Assembly (NCBI RefSeq): GCF_009914755.1
Contig: NC_060937.1
Length of the DNA: 64,000 nt
Source: the human T2T-CHM13v2.0 reference genome, Homo sapiens
Direction: 5' to 3' (one strand)
Within the stretch, counting starts at the first letter, position 1; each line of letters opens with the position of its first letter. The notes beneath the pieces were generated by a model. That model was not told the DNA's origin. It was given only the letters and a program-made list of their open reading frames with translations, and did not search any database. Below are positions 1 through 14,794 of this stretch, piece after piece. A program made the position numbers and the translations under genes.

Positions 1-709
1 GAAGGTTCATTTTCTAGTGTTCCAGAGGCTACAGTGGGAGCCATTATCTCTTTAAAACAGAGTGATGACCAATAAATTGTACTATGTTACTTTTGCATGC
101 GTTAGGCTCACTTTACAGATGTAAAAATGAAACAAACAAAAATTAGTAATTGGCTCAATTTCTGACAGCTCATGGATGTTGAAACTATTCTTAACCACTA
201 CAATATAGTGACTTTTTAGGAAAAATGGATATTTGAGGGAAAACAAGGAGAATATAAACCCCATATTAAGCTGCATAATTTATACCAAAAAAAAAGAAAA
301 GAAGAAAAGGAGAAACCTTTAAGAAAAAGAAAATTTAAAAGAGTAGCTAGCAAAAAGTTACAACTCTGACAAAAAAAATTTTTTAAATATTCTAAATGGG
401 ATTTTTCAACTTAACAATTAAAAGACATTGTAAAAATTTCAGACAGAACAGAAAATATGCTCCCAGTTGGGAAACAGGTTCAGAATGAGGAGAGAGACAA
501 AGGGTCTGAAATCATCATGCCCAGTTGAATTTTTCTAAACTCTCAGGAGAAAAATGATTGAAATGCTGATATGCATCCCTCCACAATGAAGGAATCATCA
601 TGAGTGGGAAAAGAGTCTTTTTCCTGTAAAAATGCTATTTTGCTACTTAGCCTTCAATTCTTTGCCTAGTAAACCAGTTGACTAAACTAAATACTTCCTT
701 CTTTTACAG

Positions 710-767
710 TTTGAAATTTCTGTGTCTTGGAGATCTTCCTCTACTACCTTATATGGTGGGGAAAAGA
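710..767 (+). other. Candidate small internal exon (unknown transcript)
   Basis: Branch-like ACTAAAC/ACTAAAT at ~681-692, pyrimidine tract and acceptor cttccttcttttacAG ending at 709, donor GTGAGT at 768. Confidence 0.35.
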
Positions 768-953
768 GTGAGTATACGTTTCTCATCCTGACGTATCCTG
801 ATGAATTTTGAAACCTAGATTGATTTTTTGTGCCACTTATATATACCACCACCTACTGTTGATATGTTGTGTGTGAACGGATTGTAAATTTATTTGTGCA
901 TTGAAACACATTCTACATTTTCTTTCTGTGTCCCACACAAATATCCCCTAAAG

Positions 954-1010
954 AGATCATTGCACTTGTCATGATCGGTATCGAAGCAGTCATAAGGCTC
1001 ATACAAACAG
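954..1010 (+). other. Candidate small internal exon (unknown transcript)
   Basis: Pyrimidine-rich 918-950, tandem AG acceptors ending at 953 and 955, strong donor CAG|GTAAGG at 1011. Confidence 0.3.
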
Positions 1011-1779
1011 GTAAGGTAGACTGAAATAGGAATGAAGTCTGAGTTTTATACAGTGATAGAAATGCAAGCTAAGCTTTGAATCTGGAGATCGAGAAACAAA
1101 GATATGGTTACAAAATTTTTTTAAAAATTAATATACATAGATCAATATTAGTTAAAAGTAAAAGTGTGGAGACTATAGGGACTTATGTTTAGATCATTTT
1201 GAGGTAAACTATGAAATTATGAATGTGCACTGGGGAGAGATGTGGTAAGCCATCAGTAAGATTCTAATTTAGTAAAATATAGAATAATCAGGCATCTAAG
1301 GCCAGTAAGAGATATTAGAAACTCTCCCTCTAAGACTGATGTTCAATCACTTTAAAATCTACCCATCATAGCTTTAGAGCAGTCTAAAAACAGATACAGC
1401 AATACAAATGACTTTCTGCTGAGACCAAGACCTATTATAGTAGAGATAATGGCATAGAACTTAATTAAAGTAATAATTGGACTAGGGTGAGGTGAAGCTA
1501 GTTATGATACAAATCGTTAAGCATCATTTTCCTTATAACCAACCCAAACCGTAGGGCATATTGAATAATATTCATATTTATATATGTTGAAATTTTAGAA
1601 ATGGAAATTCTTAAAAGTACTACCAGGTCTTTTCATTTACTAAGAAATAAGGGTTTGTCAGATAGGTTTGCACTGTGGAGAACCACAGATCATTGTAATA
1701 TCAAACATTTTTCCACTAGTTAAGAACCAATTTTTACATCTTTGAGGGCTCTAACACCCCTATTGAGAATGTATGCATT

Positions 1780-2860
1780 AAATTTTATCTATATTTTAAT
1801 GAATCTTGATGTTAGGTCTTCAGAAAGAACCACTTGGGTGAACTCTAACTCATCATCACCAACTACCTAAATGACACCTTCAGTTGATATTTATTAAATA
1901 TCACAATCTGAAAATGTTCTAAATAAAAAGTTCTAACATACATTTTTACTCTTCTAAAGACTCCTCTCTCTCTCTTCTGAAATCTTACCCCTTCTCAATA
2001 AATGCAAGGTTATTTTTACCTTTGTTCAGACCCAAAGCTTACAAAGCATCTTTGATTCCTCTCTATCATTATTCCATTAATATATCTGGTTGGATCTAAT
2101 GTCAAATTTTATCAGGAATCTGATCACTTCTTTTTTCTACCACTAATTCACTTGTACAACCCACTACTGTCTCTCAGCTGGATTACTGTAGGACTGCTCT
2201 AATTTTTGTTTCTTTTCTCTCTTGCCATCTATCTACCCACCCAATTCTATTTTCCATATTGTAGTTAAAGTGTTCTTTTTAAATAGAAGTAAAATAGCAA
2301 CTCTAAACCTTCCAACAGCAACTCATCTCATTCATAATAGAAGTGCATAAAATAGCCTGTGGGAACTAACATGAACTCACTAGAGTTCAGTTTCTGATCT
2401 CAACTCTGACCACTCATCCTATCACTCTGGTTCAACCACACTATCTTTTTTGATGGTCTTCAAACAAAAACATTTCTTCTTTTAAGATCAACTAAAAATA
2501 CTCCTGCTTTTGCCTAGATTTCCTCATATCTTATAGCACTCCCCAAATTCATTGTTTTCCACTGAAAATAAAAATATTTTAGAAATTCTTCACTGACTAC
2601 TGTATTTAAATTATCATTTCAAGCACCCTAAAACTGTCCCTTCTCTTACCTTGCTTTTACTTTTTCTCAGTAATCCTTACCACCTTTTGAATATGTTCCA
2701 TTTACCTGCTTATTTGCTAAAAGAATATGTCCTCTTTCTTGAATTCGACTCTCAGAAGGTCATATCATTATGATATTATTTTGTTCACTGTTGTATTCCT
2801 AGAAGGATGCAGCAAACCTGAAAAACAGAATCCTTAAAAACATGTTGGATTGATTACATG
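1780..2860. mobile_element. Degraded L2 LINE fragment(s)
   Basis: L2-like phrases (tctttgattcctctct, ctggattactgta, ttgttcactgttgtattcctag); highly diverged, boundaries approximate. Confidence 0.55.
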
Positions 2861-3021
2861 AATGGAAAAAAAACATATAATGCATAGATACGAAAAACAT
2901 ATATAAATAGAAAGAAAAACAGATGAAAAGAGACAGAGAGGGAGATGAGGAGAAAGGGGTAGAGAAAGAGAGACAGAGAGAAATCAAGATAGTTTTCTTC
3001 CTCAAAGGTAAAGGTGTATAG

Positions 3022-3060
3022 TGTGTGCGTATGCATGTGTGTGTGCGTCTGTGTGTGTGT
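3022..3060. repeat. Imperfect (TG)n microsatellite
   Basis: tgtgtgcgtatgcatgtgtgtgtgcgtctgtgtgtgtgt seen directly. Confidence 0.8.
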
Positions 3061-3079
3061 ATAATAATGTGTGTATTAT

Positions 3080-5605
3080 AATGACTTTTGGAAATTTAAA
3101 ATATAAAGCCTAGGAGACCCAAAAATGGACTGTGAGGAATGAATCTTACTCTATTAAAAAGGTTAGAAGTGGGAGAAAAATAGGAGTTGATCTAAGTTGG
3201 AAAATAGTGTTTTGACTAAAAAAGAAATTAAAGCTAAGAAAAAAGGAACTGTACACAAGCACTGCATTTTAGTTGGTAAATTTGCTTCTCAAGGGGTGCA
3301 TACTAAACATTCTAAAATTGCTTTATATGTATACTGAGAATGAATCAGCAAATGGATGCTGGATGGTGGAAGCCATGTTTCCCGTATTTGGAAAGGGATA
3401 ACCAAAAACAGTAACTCAAAAGGCAAGGCTAGATAGAATCACATAGAAGTAGATTATAGCCAGAGATATCAGTATGAAATCATTCTTAGTTGAACACAGA
3501 TGTGTAAATACAGAACCATTGATTGGTATCTGTGGATACATGTGTTCATATACAGAATATATTACCCAGCTCTCTCAGCTGAGATGTCCTATAAATTCAC
3601 ACAGTGCCAAGATTTTTGTTTCTAATATCATTGTTCAATAAAAGAAACTCCAGAATTCCTTGGAGAAATGGCTGATTATGAAGTTGAGATAAGGACATTT
3701 CGAGATGATCATAGAGCATCCTGTAGAACCCCAATTACAGAAGCATAATATTAAAACAAAAAAAAAGAAAAAAATGGGGCTTGAGGCATGTCACAGGTAC
3801 ACAAGGGGAATGAAAGAGCTTCCAATGCCAAAGCTGAAAGATTTGAGAAACAAAATAAAAAGTACAGTATTATATTTTAACAAGAAGTTGAAAAATTATA
3901 CGAAATCCATACTGATATGTCAATTATTGCTTAAATAAATGGAGAAGATGCAAATCTGCTAGAGAATAATTTCACATAATCTATGAATATATGCATATCT
4001 TTAGGAGGAGGAGCATATTTAATCCCCAGCTCATCCTTTTGTGTGGAACTCACTTCCAAATAATAGAGTATGGAAAAGAAAAAACAGTATGAATGCAGTA
4101 GAGAAACCTATCAAACACCATCTTAACCAAGTGACCAGGTTTATCATCAGTGTTGTAATGTGGATATCACATAACTTTTATATGATATGACAAGATGGTC
4201 GTTTTACATATATAATTTTTTTCAAAATAATAATAACAATAATATCTACACTCTAATTATGAGGAACATCTTAAATAAATCCAAGAAACAAAATACCTAA
4301 CCAGTTATCCCTGAGACTGCCAAGATTATGAAAAATAAGGAAACACTGAAATTCTTTCGCAGACAAGAAGAGACTAAGGAAACATGACAACTTAATACAA
4401 TGTAGTTTTTAGTAGGTTTGATTTACATTTCTTTGATGATTAATGATGTTGAGTATTTCTTCCATACCTATTGGCCATTTGTATATCTTCTTTTGAGAAA
4501 TGTCTATCCAATTGTAATGAGCTATCTTTTTACCCCAGTTAAAAGGGCTTGTATCCCAAAGACAGTCAATAACAGATGCTGACAAGATATAAAGAAAGAG
4601 AGGCATTTGTACACTATTGATAGAAATCTAACAGTATTGCCACTATAGAGAATGATATGGAGGTCTCTCAAAAAATTAAAAATAGAATTACCATGTGATC
4701 CAGTGATTCCACTGCTAATGAAATCAGTACTTTAAATCTGCATTCCCATGTGCACTGCAGCACTATTCACACTAGCCAAGGTATGGAATCCATGTAAATG
4801 TTCATCAACAGATGAATAAATAAAGAAAATGTGGTATATATACAAAATGGAATATCATTCAGCCCTCAAAAAGAATGAAATTCTGTTATGGGCAACAACA
4901 TGGATGGAACTGAAGAACATTATTTTAAGTGAAATAAGCCAGGTAGACAAAGAAAAATATTGCATGTTTTCACTCATATGTGGGAGCTAAAAAAATATTG
5001 ATCTCACGGAAATATAGAACAGAATGATGGTTAACAGAATCTGGGAAGGATAACGGGGAGGGAGGCAAAAAGGAGAAATGGTTGGTGGGTACAGATATAG
5101 AGCTAGATAGAAGGAATAAGACCTACTGTTCAGCAGCACAGTGGGACAACTATAGTTAACAATAATTTATTGTATATTTCAAAACAACTTAAAGAGCAGA
5201 ACTGTAATGTTCCTAACACAAAGAAATGATAAATACTCCAAGTGATGGATATCCCAATTATTGTGACTTGGTCATTAAACATTGTACACATGCATCAAGA
5301 TATCACATGTACCCCACATTTTAGTATAACTAAAAATAAAAATATAACAAACGCAACGTAGTACCCTGGATTGGTAACTAAACCACAAAAATCATGGAAA
5401 AACTGATGAAATTTGAGTAGTCCTGGATTTTGTCAACTGTAATACATCAACGCTGGTTTCTTAGTTTTGACAAGTATACTACTGTATAAGTACATGGTAA
5501 TGACATTAAGGAGAACTGAAACTGGAAGAGGGGTGTGTTGCAACTTGCAGTACTACCTTTGCAATCATTATGTAATTAATTCAAAATAAAAAGTTTATTA
5601 AAAAT
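3080..5605 (+). mobile_element. Old L1M (L1MC-like) 3' region interrupted by a younger L1MA at ~4407-5349
   Basis: L1MC-type 3'UTR motifs on both sides of the insert; ends ttcaaaataaaaagtttattaaaaa at ~5605. Confidence 0.6.
4407..5349 (+). mobile_element. 5'-truncated L1MA with 5' inversion (twin priming)
   Basis: 4411-4515 is antisense ORF2 3' end; 4516-5345 is sense ORF2 end plus 3'UTR and A-tail. Degenerate TSD aatacaatgtagt (~4394-4406) / aacgcaacgtagt (~5350-5362). Confidence 0.8.
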
Positions 5606-5927
5606 ATAAAGCAGAGCAAAGCAATAGATTGTAATATGGTGAGAAATATTGTAGTATAAATGATATCAAGAAATATATCTGGTTTCATTTGACCAGAGAC
5701 TGAATGAATGAAGTCAGGGATATATAATTCCTCAGCTCTCTAGGGTTAGAAGGCTGTAGAAAGAAATACGAGTGCAAAGATTCTGAGTTAAGCTTCCAAA
5801 TAATCTACAATTGTCATGAAAAATACATAAAGTGTCATTGGAAACAGCAAAAACTGAAAAATGGTTTCCCTGTTTTTGTAAACACATATCACTTTTTCTT
5901 TTATTTTTGGCTTACCACAGAAATTGA

Positions 5928-6261
<334 letters not shown>

Positions 6262-6999
6262 TAAATAAAGAACACAGACTTAGGTACAATAAACTTCTCT
6301 ATGCCCAGTTAATTATTAAATTCTATTTTAACATCTTCTTTTATTTTTGATTCTTATAACAAATAAAGAGAAAGTTGTTATCATTTTTGGCAATATAAAA
6401 TGCTAAAATATAAGATGGTTTTTGTATTTCATATATACTTACATGACTTTAGCTTCTGTATTATCATTTCTTCAGAATTAAAACAAAGATGTTTATGTTT
6501 TTAAAGAAAATCTCCTTAAAAGATACACAGAGTTTGAAAACATTAATAAAGCCATATGTGTCTCTTGAAAATGGTTAATAAAATTTTCTATGCAGCCTGA
6601 CTACTCACAAGATGCAATTGAAATCCTTGGGTATGAGACTACCCATAAATCCTGACAACTCAAATACAATTCCCAATGTTGCCTTATTTAAAACCTGAGG
6701 CATTTTAGCTATTCAGAAAGATTTGTTATTTAGTGCAACCTTATAAGATTCATATATAACCCTGTTGTTTATCAGTTAGGTTACAATCTGTCTTTTATAG
6801 AACAAACTAATATTCACAGAGGACAAAATTATCCCATGAATTTTGGATGGGCAAGCATGAAAAATAGAGAGGGTGTTTGCTGTGTTTGCTTAAATCGTAT
6901 AACAGACTGCAAAATCTTGCTAAAATAGAAAAAATGTAATTTTAAGAGCTACTTAATGTAATATTGCTAACAGATTAAGTTATTTATTGATGAGGGGAG

Positions 7000-7575
7000 A
7001 TGACTCACATCTGTAATCCCAATGCTTTGGGAGGCTGAGGTTGGAGAATCACTTGAGGCCAGCAGTTTGAGACCAGTAGTTTGAGACCAGTCTGGATAAT
7101 ACAGCGAGACTCAGTTATCTACAAAAAAAAAAAAAAAAAATCAAATAAAAAAATCAGTGGAGTGTGGTGGCGTGTGCCTATAGTCTCAGCTATTAAGGAG
7201 TCTAAGGTGAGTGGATCACTGGAGCCCAGAACATTGAGGTTACAGTGACATAAGAGCACCACCCCAGCTTCTTCCAGTTTCAGTTAACCCTAAAATTATT
7301 ACATTATGTTACAGTAGTACCTTTGTCAAAACTAAGAAACTGATGTTGGTATATCACCATTGAAAAAATACAAGACTACTCAACTTTCACCAGTATTTCT
7401 ATTAGCATTCTTTTTGTGCTCTAGTTATCAGTCCAAGGTACTACATTACATTTCATTTTTATTTGTACTAATTTATGAGTTATATGTGATATATTAATAC
7501 ATACATACAATGTATAAGGATCAAATCAGGGAGTGAGACCTTGTCTTCAAAAATAAATTAATTAAAAAATAAAAT
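7000..7575 (+). mobile_element. AluJ-like element interrupted by ~265 bp of L1-derived DNA
   Basis: Alu sequence 7000-7262; its 3' end gagtgagaccttgtcttcaaaaataaa resumes at ~7530. Confidence 0.75.
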
Positions 7576-8364
7576 TTATTTATTTACATATTTTTCTGGG
7601 GCCAAAACCAGGTGAGTACAAATATAATGAATTGCATCATTGTTGCTGCATTCTTAAAATCTTCAAAACTTTATTTTTAAAATTACAGAAGAAAAATAGT
7701 ATATATTCTGAACTAGTGATGCTCATGGTAAATTAATTCATAATAATATTTAAATTTTATCCAATTATTTAGTAAATAGTTTTAACTATCGCAGATCAAA
7801 CTAATTACAGATGGTTTTGTTATATCTAGCTGTTGCTTTTCCTTCTCCTTGGTAAAATAAGGCTATACAAATAAGATGTTTAAAAATGAGACCAAATAAA
7901 AGCTACTAAAACAATCAGAGCACAAAGATATTAGGAGAATTAACAGGCAAGTGAATGCTTCTAATTCCCTGGGGGTTTGATTATCTTTTGTGAATTAAAG
8001 TTTCATAAAATCCAATGAAGTAAAAGAAAAGGAGGAATAAACTTGGTTTTGTTCATAACTTTGTAAATATAATTGTTACTTTGTTTCTATCAGTAAAAGT
8101 CACTGCACCTAAAGGATACCCAGGATGTCTTTACCATTATAAATACAGGACATTGGAGGTCACCATTCAGTAATGGGACACTGATATTTGACTTATTTTC
8201 AGAGTATAAATTAACATTAACCGACTTCATCTATAAAATGTCTGCTCCTCAATCTGCTCTTTGAAAAAGAAATATATATTTTTAATGCTAGCTTATTTTG
8301 TCTCAGAGTGAAACACATAAATACATGTTTTTGCCATAAGTTTGCACTCCTGATGGTTGGAAGA

Positions 8365-8669
<305 letters not shown>

Positions 8670-9474
8670 AAGTTGGAAGATTTTTAGGAGATTCTAATAG
8701 ACAAAATTATCTAGGGTAGTTTTATGTAGTTTCTATAGAGTTTTTATTTCACAGAGAAAGGAATTGAGGATTTAAGAGTGAAATGCCTTTCCCAAGGTCA
8801 TGTAATATTTCCTAGAGGTGTCCGGAGGTAGACAACCTTTTCCTACCATAATAGTGTACTGTCCTACATGATATCCTAGGACTTAATGTTTGCAGTACGT
8901 TTTATTCATATCTTTATCTTCTCTTGTGTTGAAGGAGTTATGAAAGTTTGTAAAACTCTTTGTGCTTTCTATTCATATCAGAGACAGGCACTTCTGTGTC
9001 ATTTGGTTCATTCAGTTCTGTTATCCCAAAATGTGAATTAACATAGCTAGCCACAAAAAGTTAAGTTTACCTAGTTTATTAAAAATGACATATATTATGT
9101 CTTTTAAAATATTAAAATTAAAACTACTTAAACATGATTGAAAAACTTTCCTCATGAATCAAATATAATGGTTTTTCTTCAGCAAATGATTTTGTGTGAA
9201 TATATATATTTTATTCTTAAGGAAAATATAAAATATATAAAATTATTATATAGTTCCCCTTGATTATGAAGTTATGTTGGTATTACTGTAATGAAAATGA
9301 AGACTGGACTGCTAGCAGAATACTGTTAGTAATAATTAGCTACTAACTTTTTCAAAATAAGGAAATTTTTCACACATAACTTTTAGACAATGAAAAGGGC
9401 TGAGTAATGTTATATTTATTTTATCTCTAATATTTGATATGACATTATACAGTTTTATTAAAAACTGGTCACTG

Positions 9475-9828
<354 letters not shown>

Positions 9829-10480
9829 TCACAGGTTTTCAGCAAGCTAGTCATTTGACATATCGTATTTTCCAATTTAATCATGCATGTTCTAATAATG
9901 AGAATAGCAAATCTGTTTTGAGACTTGTGAACATTTTTTTTCATGATGCCATGAGATGTATAAAGTATAACTGTGTGAGATTGAGCAGGGGAGAGTCTGA
10001 TTAGTGATCTAGCCATTGGGCAAAAGCCTTTAACTCTAACTTTTCACTGTTAACACATCCGTGTTTGTTTGTTTATTTTGATTGTTTTGTTTTTTAAATT
10101 TATACTTTCTTACTCATCTCTTCTTTCGCATATAATCTTTTATAACAAAACATCTCTCTACTTAAAACATAAAGTCTTCATAATTATAAGCACCCAAATC
10201 ACCCATTAATGCTTTTCTTTGCCTTGTTGTGCAGCCTGTAATTTTGTTCAAGAAGATAGAGAGTTCAAGATTTATGAGATACTTTTCTTCATCACATTTC
10301 TATTGAATCACTGAGATCTCCTTGAAACAGTGACAACTGATTCCTTTCATCGCGTATTTCCTCTTTCGTATCTCCACTTTGTTTGATCTGGGGAAATACA
10401 TATATATGTGTGTGTGCATCTCCACTGCCTTACACATGCAAACTCAAAGACTAGTTTCTCTTAGGAGTAAATGCAAAACT

Positions 10481-10535
10481 ACACACACACGCGCGCGCAC
10501 ACACACACACACCTGCACGCGCACACACGCACACA
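10481..10535. repeat. Mixed (CA)n/(CG)n alternating purine-pyrimidine tract
   Basis: acacacacacgcgcgcgcacacacacacacac...gcacgcgcacacacgcacaca seen directly. Confidence 0.9.
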
Positions 10536-10884
10536 TCAGATTGCTTTGTTATACATAGCCATTGCTTTTCCTTCTCATAAAAAAAGATATACCAATAAGA
10601 CATTTAAAAATTAAACCAAATAAAAGCTCCTAAAACAATCAGAAGAAAAAGAGATTAGGAGAATTAATAGGCAAGTGAATTTCTCAAAAGAAAAATGTTC
10701 ATGGGTTATTAAGGTACAATAACAATGTTTCGGCCACTAAATTTAACTAATGGGTAACCTAAATTTCAAAGCAAGGGCTTTTTTCTTTCATATTTTTTTT
10801 CCATTTAGTAAAAAAATACATATGAGGTCATGTTTTCAATTTATCTTTACTGGTTAAAATTCTTTTCAAGCTGCCTAATTTTGC

Positions 10885-11065
10885 AAGACTTACTATAATG
10901 TGCCAGTAGTAATGACAGTATGGCATTGATGAAGGAGTAGACAACATTCTTCATGGAACAGAATAAGGAGCTCAGAAATAGACCCATGGAAACATTGTCA
11001 ACAGATCTTTGACAAGGGAGCACAGGTAATTTCATGAAGAACGGATGATCTTTTCAATTAATGGC
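10885..11065 (+). mobile_element. Old L1 ORF2 fragment
   Basis: gacttactataa...atggaacagaataaggagctcagaaatagaccca resembles L1 ORF2. Confidence 0.6.
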
Positions 11066-14000
11066 TCTATAATCCTTAACCTTTGGCATTTGAGAATTGC
11101 TTGGTTTGTATTAATAATTTTTTTTTTTTGCAGTGAAGGACTCAAGATGTTATGCTGTAGATGGATGATGTAGTGATAAACCACTCTTCTGTATCTTTTG
11201 AGAATAGCTTCCTAGCATTATGTCACAATATTCACATATATAGATTTACTGAAAAAGCTAGTATGAATAAAATATTATTGGTTTTAAACCCTCAGAAATT
11301 ATAAATAAAATAATTATAAATAAAAATAATAAGGTAGAGTCTCTATTCTTATATAATGTTAAAAATAATAAAGAGAGAAAACTTTAGACAAAACAGACAC
11401 AAGTAACTTTTAATTATAAATGTTTCAAAATACACATCTATGAAGTGGAAGGCTCAAATAAGTTTAACTTAGCTGAACATCTGCTTAATACATGTAAAAT
11501 AATGTTCAACACAGCACAATACATACTTAAATCATTAAAATCATAAATATTATGTACATAGCATGACTCTTTATAAAGTCTTGACTTTTATAAAGGAAAT
11601 ATAGCTATATTGCTTTGTGTTAATATATGATTGTCCAATTTTAAAATTTATTTTCTCCCCTACATTACAAATATCTGATTGTAATTCTATAAAATGTTGG
11701 AAACAGCATATATATGCTCTTTGGAAAAGACAGCACACACACACGTACACATGCACAAACACATAATTTTCAAAGTGAAAACAACATTTTAAGCTGCTTC
11801 TTCTTGAGTAGCTAATACTTTTAAGAATTCAAAAATGAGTCTGGCTTATTTTTAATTATAAACAGTGTTATCCTTGTTGTTTCCACATTCATTAAATGTA
11901 TATTATAAAATTGCGGGATAACTTATTTTTTGTTACTAATTGTAATTCCCAATAAAATTGAAGGAAAACCTAACAATGTTCATTCATCACTTGGAATTTG
12001 AATATCCTGGCCATCATATGCAGTGTTTAACATGTAAACTGCCACCTAGAATTGAGTCTGGCTCATAGTTTAGCAAGACTTTTAAAGGGTTTGATACACC
12101 GTCAATTGTTCTTGTTTGCTAAATAGGTTTGTGAAGCAACAGAATCTGATCTGTGTTTCCTGTGTCTCAATAAAAGATGCTAGAAATATGCCACTTTAGA
12201 AATAAGTTATTTGCTTGAAATTGTTCTCCTGACCATCACAAACATTTCTATAGTTCCTTTCCTGATTCATTTATCGGTTCTAACCTTCTCTTTCACTGTA
12301 CTTTCATGTGATTCTCTGATCAACATGATTTTCTTCCTCCCTCCCTCCCTCCTTTCCTATCTTTCTTTCTTTCCTCATTCCATTCCCCATAGTAACACTT
12401 AATATAGCACCATGCTAAATTACGTGTACAGAATTTCTGTACAGAAGACAGAAAGAGAAACCAAGGATTAATCCTCTCTTCAGTTAGTTTAGGGTTAGGA
12501 GTTAAGATGCTGAATATCAAATAAAATGTGAAACCTAGTAACTGTATATATCATAATTAGAATTTTAAATAAAGTACATTTTTGCCCATCTACCAACTTC
12601 AAATGTTTATTCTTCATACAGGAGTCACCTCACGCTTCATTTCCCAGTCTTCTAAGTTTGAAATATTTCTTCTTTGAAAAAATTCTCTAAGCTGTTTTAC
12701 TTTCTCATTCAAGCAGTTTCTGAAATCCCATCTATCTATGAAATTTTTTAAAAGCATGACAAAGTAATAAACTATTTGGAAAAATATTATTTCTGAAATC
12801 ATGATAAAAACATTATGAAAAAGTAAAACCTAGTCTATCACCCTCCATACCTAAGAGTAAACAAAAGAGAAAACTAAGCATTCTCACTTATGTGTGTGTA
12901 AGTATATATTTTGAAACTAGAAAGAATTAAAACTATATTTTAATTCATAAAATACATTTATTATCCTCCTCTCACTTTATTTTGGGTGCCTTTTCAGTTT
13001 TTCAACTCTGAATCCTTTTCTGCATTCAGAGAGGTCATTAATTTTGTGTTTTATTCCTGAACTGCTTTAGAGTTTGTCTTGTGTGCTGCTCCAACATTTA
13101 TCGAGGTTTTCTTAGCTTTTCAGGTTCAATGAATTTGTGAAAGTTGCAGTTATGTGCATTTCCAATCTTTTCCTTTGAAAACCAAGGGGAATTGAGGTGG
13201 TTAGGGGCTGCAGGGCAGCAGTCAACTATTACAGTTTTAAAAATGTAATATAGTGTTTGCTCTGCTAAGGAAAGTAACAAGGGAATACAAAACTAGGTTT
13301 GCAGTTGAGTAGAAAAATATTGACTCCACAAAAGTAAATAGAAGACACAAAATACAGAACATTTCACAGAGCAATATTAGAGATTAGGTCAGCCTTCAAG
13401 TCTTTTACTACAAGCCAACTAAATTAACCAGAGGAGGCTGATGCTATAGGGAAGGACTCCAAGATTTTATCCTGTAGATGGTCTAATGAAAAACTCTTCT
13501 TTTTGATCCTTTTGAGAATGCTGTCACAATATCAGTTCATCTTATTGGTAATATATATATATATATTTATTGAAAAATGTAACATTAATAAAAGTTAACT
13601 GGTTATAAGTTTTAGTAATTTTAATTAAAAAGAAAGCTACAATTTTTTTCTGTATTTAACTTTAAACATGTAAAAAGTGAGAAAACACCCTGGACAGAAG
13701 GATGTTCTTTCTATATATTTTAAAAATACAAATCTATGCAGATTTACAGTAAGAGGCTTAAATGAGTTGTAATTCTATTCAACACACTCTTTACAGACTT
13801 AAGCTATTAACAATTAGGGATCTTACCTATTGTGCATTCATACCAAAACACAGTTTTTACAAACTAAGGAGGCACAATATGCTTAATCTTTTTTTTTTTG
13901 TAAAAGAATACTTTTTAAAAATTCTGACTTTTATGAGGCAAATGCTGTCATTCTATTGTTATATTAATCTACGTGTATCCATGGATCAATTTCTTTTTGG

Positions 14001-14794
14001 AAGTGGGCATTATTATATAAAATATTAGGAAGGAAGGCCAATAATAAAACAGTATCAACCTAAAAAATGAGACTAGGAACAGTACGAAATATAAAGGGAG
14101 TAATGAAACAAAGTTTGTTTCAGTATTTAGTACAGAACAACTATTTCAACAGAAGGAAAGGAATCATTAGGCTGGCCTTTTTGTGTGCATTTGATTATGT
14201 TGCCTATTGCCTGAAACATAATAAATATTCACTAAAAACTTATTAATCTTTGGGAAGAAGACATGACTTATACTATTAGCTCTGCTACCCCTTAGCTTGT
14301 AACATTGGACAATTTGTTTTCCCATTATGGGCCCTGATTTCTTTGCTACTGAAAAAAAAATTGGCCTAAATAACCATTAATGTTCTTTCCAAATACTAAA
14401 ATTTTATGTTTATATAAACTTTTATGTGTATAAAAATATAAATATATTTTCTTAATTGTGTCTTAAATTGCTAAGAATTCATTTTGCTTTATTATCTTAA
14501 ATAGAAGTAGTCTGCTTTCTTAAGTAGTGTATATTGGATATCCATTAAACATTTCAGGAAGACTTAGATCCTAATCATAAACATTAATTAGTTTTCTTCA
14601 CTGTCTATCCCTTTGCTCTTAGCTGTTTATTTTACTTTCAACTTTAAGGAATGGCTATTTTATAATAAGTGAGCTTGAGTAAGCTTTTAGGCCTAGAGGA
14701 AGAGTGGAATGAGAAGATGTTATTTTCAACACAAAAAAGAGATAGATTAATATTCTGAATACAAGTTGAAGAAAAAACTTTGCAAGAGAGTTTT

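Noticed and set aside
60-170. Possible C/D snoRNA (GTGATGA at 63, CTGA at ~162)
   Set aside because: No terminal stem or recognisable rRNA guide; such motifs are common by chance in AT-rich DNA.
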